Origin: Eledone cirrhosa
Lineage: Eukaryota
DNA: 64,000 nt
Direction of reading: 5' to 3'
NCBI GenBank assembly: GCA_964016885.1
Contig: OZ024759.1
Coordinates: forward strand, 3,348,001 to 3,412,000
A program made the position numbers and the translations under genes. Shown piece by piece: positions 63,001 to 64,000 of the stretch (positions are counted from its first letter, which is position 1; each line of letters starts with the position of its first letter). The notes beneath the pieces are model-generated. The model was not told the DNA's origin, did not search any database, and was given only the letters and a program-made list of their open reading frames with translations.

Positions 63001-64000
63001 CAGTGTCTGTGTGTCTACAGTGTCTGTGTGTCTACAGTGTCTGTGTGTCTACAATGCCTGTGTCTACAGTGTATGTGTGTCTACAGTGTCTACTGTGTCT
63101 ACAGTGTCTGTGTCTACAGTGTCTGAGTCTACAATGTCTGTGTGTCTACAGTGTTTGTGTGTGTACAGTGTCTGTGTCTACAGTGTCTGTGTCTACAGTG
63201 TCTGAGTCTACAATGTCTGTGTGTCTACAATGCCTGTGTCTACAGTGTCTGTGTGTCTGTGTCTACAGTGTCTGTGACTACAAAGCCTGTGTCTACAGTG
63301 TCTGTGTGTCTACAGTGTCTGTGTCTACAGTGTCTGTGTCTGCAGTGTCTGAGTCTACAATGTCTGTGTGTCTACAGTGTCTGTGTGTCTACAGTGTCTG
63401 TGTGTCTACAATGTCTGTGTGTCTACAGTGTCTGTGTGTCTACAGTGTCGGTGTGTCTACAGTGTCTGTGTGTCTACAGTGTATGTGTCTACAGTGACTG
63501 TGTGTCTACAGTGTCTGTGTGTCTACAATGTTTCTGTGTCTACAGTGTCTCTGTGTCTACAATGCCTGTGTCTACAGTGCCTGTGTCAACAGTGCCTGTG
63601 TCTACAATGTCTGTGTGTCTACAGTGTCTGTGTGTCTACAGTGTCTGTGTGTCTACAGTGTCTGTGTGTCTACAGTGTCTGTGTTTCTACAGTGTCTGTG
63701 TGTCTACAGTGACTGTATATACAGTGTCTGTGTGTCTACAGTGTCTGTGTGTCTACAGTGTCTGTGTGTCTACAATATCTGTGTCTACAGTGTCTGTGTG
63801 TCTAAAATGTCTGTGTCTACAGTGACTGTGTGTCTACAGTGTCTGTGTGTCTACAATGTCTGTGTGTCTACAGTGTCTGTGTGTCTACAGTGTCTCTGTG
63901 TCTACAATGCCTGTGTCTACAGTGCCTGTGTCTACAATGTCTGTGTGTCTACAGTGTCTGTGTGTCTACAGTGTCTATGTCTACAGTGTCTGTGTGTCTA
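42027..64000. repeat. At least 22-kb 15/17-bp minisatellite ctaca(g/a)tgtctgtgt(gt) with higher-order repeats; runs off the window end
   Basis: Continuous units ctacagtgtctgtgtgt (17) and ctacagtgtctgtgt (15). Rare variants recur at fixed long-range offsets. Confidence 0.98.

Noticed and set aside
42021-63825. Cys-rich ORFs up to 967 aa ([10 protein letters not shown]...) as metallothionein- or keratin-associated-like proteins
   Set aside because: All three + frames are open because the unit lacks stops, frames cycle with 15/17-bp units, and the ORFs are antisense within a fasciclin intron.
42027-64000. Telomeric repeat
   Set aside because: It is not TTAGGG-like, the units are heterogeneous, and it grades out of a TG microsatellite within an intron.

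Overview
Repeat-rich animal genomic DNA; the SINE/LINE families and (TA)n/(TATG)n tracts suggest an octopus or other coleoid cephalopod (inference). Layout: (1) 1-17345, about 156 copies of a 111-bp satellite ending at a 200-N gap; (2) 17.5-41.7 kb, a patchwork of degenerate RTE, CRE, CR1/L2-like and Penelope-like retroelements, tRNA-derived SINEs, a TTAA MITE and palindromes; (3) about 42.0-64.0 kb, a 15/17-bp minisatellite with an ~8.6-kb higher-order repeat. Almost all long ORFs in the track are repeat artefacts. The only host gene I can support is the 3' part of a minus-strand fasciclin (FAS1-domain) gene. Its four GT-AG exons (41708-41558, 40217-39992, 31651-31534, 28670-28480) join in frame, and one is missing from the ORF track. 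Most notable: the 111-bp satellite derives from the 3' UTR of an RTE LINE and its partner SINE; a palindromic minisatellite is built from a CRE endonuclease coding motif; and two nested Penelope-like elements carry minimal hammerhead-ribozyme-like motifs, one with a non-canonical CAGAAGA core. I see no evidence of a new multi-gene system. All alignments and folds were done by eye.
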